Positions 55,861-64,000 of a DNA stretch of 64,000 nt are shown piece after piece. The notes beneath the pieces are model-generated. The model was not told the DNA's origin. It ran no database searches and worked only from the letters and a program-made list of their open reading frames with translations. Each line of letters opens with the position of its first letter. Position 1 is the first letter of the stretch. This DNA is from the human T2T-CHM13v2.0 reference genome, Homo sapiens, in the NCBI RefSeq assembly GCF_009914755.1, contig NC_060934.1. The stretch is one strand, 5' to 3'. Both the position numbers and the translations under genes were made by a program.

Positions 55861-57598
55861 ATAAATCTATATAGATACACAGTCTGATCAAATATACATG
55901 CCATCTTAAACTATAAGGTAGATGCAACTTAATTTTCATTAATACATTAAATCATAGACTTCTAATGCAGTAAGATTTTATTGAATGATATGAACTCTAT
56001 GCTATCACCCAGTCCAGAAAACTCTTCTTCCTTATTGAGTACTATCAGTACTTCTTCCTGAAAGAGTACTTCCTGACAAGTACCTATCAAGTACTTGGAG
56101 TACAACAATGAATCATCCAAAGTGGTAGAGAATTCAAATAAGTAAATATTAAAAGAATATTAAAAGGGCTTCAATAGGATTGACAATAGGGTAGTCTACA
56201 AGTGAGATAGCTACTATAATCTGAATGAATAGGAGTTAAAGGCATATTAGGAGTTATCATTTCTAAGAGAAGAAAAGAGAATATTCTAGCTGCATAAAAT
56301 AGAAATAATGAAAGCCTCGAGATAGAAGAGAATTAGGTAAATTTAGAGAACTAAATATGATGCTAGAAAGAAGGTGATAAGCATGGGCATAAAGTCTGAC
56401 ATTAGCCAGATCATAAGGACTGTATATGGCATGTCAAGTAGCTTAGACATTAACCTATGCACAATGATCAGCCACCGAATAGCCTTCAGCTGCGACATCA
56501 TGGATATATGGAGCCATGTAAGAAAAAAATCACAAACGGTTCTCTAGTGATGCTTCATAGTATCTTTGCCCACTCTGTTCATGATCCAACTAGTTCCCTT
56601 GTTGTTTCATGATCATTAGCCAATTATGTTGCAATTTGCACATATTCCTTGCAGTCTTTTTTTTTTTTTTTTTTTTTTTTTGCAAACAGCAGAGGATATT
56701 CACTGTTACTTAGTACACTAACAACTCTTATGAATTGTGATTCAAAATTGTGTCTTCCACCTCTACTCAGAAAAGATGAAGTACCATCATGAAGCAAAGA
56801 ACTTGTTCTGGTTCTTTTATAAGAGCAGTGTGTGCTAGTTCTGACACAGCGCTAAGTCATTAGAATCTAGAGCTAATGAATTCAATCTTGCTTTAAGCCA
56901 TTATCCCTTTTTCAGTTCTGTGGCTGAAGATCATATTTTAAATCATCTCAAGCCATCTAACAAATGAACAACTTTGGCCTGTTGAAGTATCCTTCCCTCT
57001 CCTTATGTGATTCAGAGCTTCGGGTCTTAGAAGAATCCTACTATCACTGTATTACCTAAAAATTTCCTCTGCCAAATGGGATTACTATACCTAAAGTGGT
57101 TGGGTATGGTGAATCCTAATCTCCTATTCTCCAAGGAGGATAGTACCGTGGAAGAAATGAGGTTGGATTTGTAAGAATCAGGTAGACTGAGATAGAAACC
57201 CTAGTTTCACAACTGGCTTATTATATGGCTATGGCAACTTGAGTCTTTGATTCCTTTCTATAAAATGGAGAAATATGAACATTCCCACAGGGTTATTCTA
57301 AGGATTAGATGAGGTAATACAATTCTAAGGAACTATTACAAATTTAAATATTATTATAGACTTTTTAATATTGTGAATTTCTAAATGAATGTTTATCTTG
57401 GTGAAATGTTTATCTTGTTAATTTTTGTATTTTTTTAGTACATGGTAGAGATTTAAAACATAAACATAATATATGTATATGTATATGTATATGTAATATA
57501 TGTATATGTTGTAAATCATTATATTCTCTCTCTATATATATATAGAATATATATTGAATAAAAGAAGCAGCCCTCTAGTCTAGAGTTAGCTATGTTTA

Positions 57599-57973
<375 letters not shown>

Positions 57974-59428
57974 CTAGTTTCTGCTTTCTGTGACCTTTCA
58001 ACTCTCCTTACCCAGCCCTCCCGTCTGTCATCGTGGATCCTCATATGTTCTTTCACTTTCTCTTCCCCATATTAAAATTTAGTTGTAGAAAATAAGGAAC
58101 GAGTTCTTAGTATTCAGATATCATTTCTTTTTCAATTTAGGAAGATTTTTGCTACAAGTATCAGGAAAGCCTTCTCTAACGGCCTTGAAGATTATGAAAT
58201 GAATTGTAAAGTATAAGTTCTGTATTAGGGCAGGATTCAGGTACATCAATCTCACAGCTCAGTAGCGTTGGCCGGGTGGCCTGTTCTGCCAGTTATGGCA
58301 TTGGCTTAATCCTCAGTCTGGTTGCACTTATGGACAGATGGCTGCCTATAACAATTGTCCTACCTGTTTCTTCATTCACATCAAGCGGACAAAAATTCAA
58401 ACCAAAAAAGTTCTCACAATTACAGAGTAAGTGATCAGCCTATTAGATCTAATAAAATGCCCAATTCCAGACCATGCACTGTTTGAGAGTATTACCTCCC
58501 CACCCCCATCCCCCTACTCCCGTTCCCGCCCAGGCCAGTCAGCCCTATCTTTGGAACTGTGAATGAAATAACCACCGCACCTCCAGGCACAAAGGCTACC
58601 TGGGGTTCTTTGTTGGGAAGGAGAAATGGGGAAATGATGCTATTAGACAACTATTCATGTTAAATGCACTTCTCTCTTCCTTTAAAAAATGACTTATTCC
58701 CATAAATGCCTTTGTGATCCAGTGAGAAGGTAATAGGACTAATTGGATGGCAAAGTCGCCTCCTCTGTAAGATGTAAGGATGAACATGCTCCCTGGAGTT
58801 CCACTTAGCAGATAATCAGTTGCTTTCATGACTTTCAGCAAGAATGCCCATTTCCTGTGGGTCTGGATGGCTGTGAACATAGGAAAAAAGGTGTATATGT
58901 ATTTTCTGCTGATCCCTTAACCAGAATCACCTTTAATTTTGTCCCAGACTCCTAGATCCCCAAATCAGAGTCTGAGCAATTTAGACGCCCCTTCCCCAAA
59001 TCTCTCAGAGTGACTTTTAAAAAAGAGAGCAATCAAAAGCAAACAGGTTGATGCATTTTTAGGAAAATGTTTTTCAAAACCTCAGAAACAAATGGCATCT
59101 AAATTTTCCAAAAATATGGGATAAAAGCTCCGCCATTCCTACTTCTCTTTGCAAACAAGGCTTAAGTTTGGAGACAGCATCTGGATTTGTTAACAATACA
59201 TACTTATGTACCCACTTCACTTAGCTTCCTCACAAACTTGCAGACATCTATTTGGTTCTGTCAGCTTATCTCCATAACCACTACGGGTTCTCTCTTGAGT
59301 TAATTTTTCTTCTCTCTCTATCTTTGTCCTCATTTCTCTATTTTATTGCTTCAGTGCACAGGACCGTAAGCAGTGAATTCTTCATTGCTATGTTTGCTAA
59401 CATGGAGAGTACTACTCCCTACAAATTA

Positions 59429-59818
<390 letters not shown>

Positions 59819-59929
59819 TTATGTTTGGTTTTATTACAAGGTTACAGATTGGTGGCACATGATAATAAAATTACAGATTTAAAAAGAGACAACAAAGATG
59901 AAAGAGAAAATTCTGTAACACAAGTCACA

Positions 59930-60180
59930 CAGTAGTGGCAGAAGACAAAGTGGGAGCAGGCATCTCACATGGTGAGAAGTGGAGCAAGAGAGAGTGGCGT
60001 GGGAGGTGCCACACACCTAAACAACCAGATCTCGTAGGTACTCACTATTGCAAGGACAGCACCCAGCCATGAAACATTGGCCTCTATGACCAAAATACCT
60101 CCCACTAGTCCCCACCTCCAACACTGGGGATTACATTTCAACTTGAGATTTGTGTGGGGACAAATATCCAAACTATATCA
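59930..60180 (-). mobile_element. MST LTR fragment
   Basis: ggagcaagagagag...cccacctccaacactggggattacatttcaac...ccaaactatatca. Confidence 0.85.
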
Positions 60181-60626
60181 CTAATAAATCCCTACGTTTC
60201 CTTTTAATCTCTTTAGAGTCAGGGTGCTGCCACTTGTCTTCAACTGGGTTCAGCTTCATGCCAATATGATGTCCACAATGCGTATCAACCCTGAGATTCT
60301 AACTCTATGTGGATGGTCTATAACACAAGTCACACAAATCTGTTCTTCAGGCCTGGGCCAGAAGAACCTGTATTCTAAAGCAGTCACAGAGCCCTCCAAG
60401 ATTCAAGAAGAGGAGGCATAGACCCCAACTCTCCATAGGAGGAGTATCAAAGCTTTTGAGACATCTTTAATCTGCTACAGCCCTATGGGGTAAAACACTG
60501 TTATTCCCATGTTACTGAAGGTGAAACTGAGCGAAAAAGAAAACATATAACTTTATTAAGGTCACAGAATTAATAGAAAGCTATAGGTCTGACCTCCAGC
60601 AGTCTGGCTCTAAAACCTGCATTTTT

Positions 60627-61695
<1,069 letters not shown>

Positions 61696-63810
61696 TTAAC
61701 CACCCTTAATTCTTTCTGGATATAGACATTATCATGCATGAAGGCTCCTTCTCTCAAGGCTGACTTGCAGCTCTGTTTCCTACTTTTGGCAAGAAGTGGG
61801 GTCACTGGCAGGTCTGGCCTCTGAGAAAATCCCAGATCCCAGTTTAAAAATCTTAGGAAATGCCTTGACTGGCCCAATAAAGGTCATGAGCCCATTCTTG
61901 GATAAATAAACACAGTCAAGGTGTAGAGATATTCCACTTACTCAGAGGAGGTTCTGGCCAGCCCCTATCACCAAGTAGCCTGTGTCTGTTGCTAGAAAGA
62001 CGGAGGAAGGGCTGTAGGGCAGACAAGTACCATTGAGGTCCAGGACAATGGACATCTAACCTAGCACTTTTGCCTAATACTTGAATCACTTTCACTCTCT
62101 ATTTCAGTTAAATGCTTAAGCAACTTTGCTTTCCATAGAATTCATTTCTTCCTAAAGATGCCCATTACTGTTTAAAGAATTTCAAGCTTCAGAGAGCAGA
62201 TGAGGAAAGTGTTTTGAAGTGCTAAAGCCTTTCCCAATCTTTGTCTTAGAATTGTGCCACAATTTCCCGTCAGAGAGTAGCTGGTCTACCAAACCTCTGT
62301 ATGTTTTTGCCATGGTATCCCCAGAGTCTATCACCATGGGATGGATGTGTGAACAAACCTGGTTCAATGCAATTTAACAAGCATTTATTGAACCATCAGG
62401 TTGATAGATTATCTCCCTAGAAAGGCTGATAATTTTGGTATTGAGGTTAGTAACAGACTTAGGAGTTGTGAGAGTCCTTAGGGAATTGTGATTCCCGGAT
62501 TGGACAGTATCTGTGGAAATTCTCCAAAAAAAACAAGAAACGGTATGTGCAGAAAAGTCATCATTAGCCCAGGCCAAGCCCCTCTAGGTACATGGTCACT
62601 TATTTATAAAACGGAAACTTTCCAATCAGTTTCCATGATGTCTCAAATATTGGGTATTATCCTTCTTCAAGAGCTTCTCCTCAGAGCTAAAATGTTAGAA
62701 TTTAAGCTGTGTAATCAATAAGATCTCGCCTAACACTGTCTGTGATTTATAATTTTAGTGTTGAAAAGAACCATTTCCTGGAACATTCTGTATAATTTTT
62801 TGTTGAAAATTAAGTTATATTGTAAATGTTCTTGGAGTAATGCAAATCAAAGAAACTCTGTCATTAAATCCACAAAGTGAAGAATTATTTTCAATAATCC
62901 ATTATTTAGCATTTGTGTAAACCTGGATTTTTCACAGGTCAAATTTGCCCAAGTCGCCACTGCAGCGCCCCACTTCCTGTGTGCCAGCCCCCTCCTGAAT
63001 TCCATTTGACCCCACGATGAGCTAGAGGGGAGCTGTTAGCCGCTGGTCTAATAGCTCTACTTCTGTCATATAATCTTAGGAAATGCATTGCACTGGAGCA
63101 CCGGATGGATTCAAAACCAACACAAAAGGGAGTCAGCCAACTCAAAATGCCCCTGCACATCAGATGATTTGAATGATATATTTCAAACACAGTGAGACTG
63201 TGTATTGTCCCAGAAAATAAATAAGGTAGCAGAAGTCATATACATTGTTGCTTTTGGGTGTGTGGTCAGAATACCTGAGATTACCAAGGATGTTCATAAC
63301 AGATGCACCAATTCTAGAGTTCCCAAATAGAACTTCATACTTAATTTTACTTTTTCCCCCTAAAGAGAAGAAGGATTCATATCTTTGAGAATATTAATAT
63401 GAATAATTATTATAGAAATAATATAGAGATATGAGTATTTATATTCATATATATACACACACATATATTTACACAGATATGATACACAAATGCATTCAGA
63501 ACAAAAGATTCTAACTTCATTGTGTCAGAAAAATCTAAAAAATACAATAAAACAAAACAAAATTTACCCAGTTAATTGCTTTGCAGATACATGATACAAA
63601 TCAAGCTAGATCTGAGGTGGTCCTTTTCTCAAACAAGAATGGTGCTAGGCATTGGAGGTGCGGAGTTAGAAGAAAGGAGCAATTAACTTACTGAAGAAAA
63701 TTAAATATCAAAAAGGAAAGTTTGGTTTCCCAAAAAGAAAAGTTTGATTTGGTCCATCAAGTGTTCCCTACAGCTATTTTCTGAATGCATTCCAACCTAT
63801 GTCTGGGTAG

Positions 63811-64000
<190 letters not shown>

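Noticed and set aside
56037-56103. Cluster of AGTAC motifs
   Set aside because: Irregular spacing, most simply a decayed short tandem duplication. The same applies to small duplications at ~4286, ~7867, ~35786 and ~57388.
56657-56681. Orphan T25 run as a possible poly(A)-only retro-insertion
   Set aside because: Only a 5-bp flanking match (ttgca), so there is no convincing TSD.

Overview
Human genomic DNA, AT-rich and intergenic or intronic. The species call rests on an L1HS-Ta element, since Ta is human-specific. I recognise no host protein-coding exon, RNA gene or CpG-island promoter. The main feature is a full-length ~6.03 kb L1HS element of the Ta-0 subfamily on the minus strand (25398-31428). 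It has a perfect 15-bp TSD, an intact ORF1, an ORF2 broken by a 1-bp deletion in an A-run, and an antisense ORF0 that has lost its stop codon. The rest is layered repeats: Alus, older L1PA/L1M fragments, L2, MIR, MaLR/ERVL LTRs, MER20/MER5 DNA transposons and microsatellites. The most notable structures not explained by repeat annotation are (i) a four-level nested MIR>MLT1>MST>THE1 insertion, (ii) a ~300-bp L2-derived segment copied 1.6 kb away into an L1M remnant, (iii) an 88-bp inverted duplication around an AT-rich spacer, (iv) a TSD-flanked (CA)n+A-tail insertion and (v) a 5'-inverted L1 fragment. I find no evidence of a new multi-gene biological system; the findings concern mobile-element biology and DNA rearrangement. 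Subfamily names and boundaries of old repeats come from recalled consensus sequences and are approximate.
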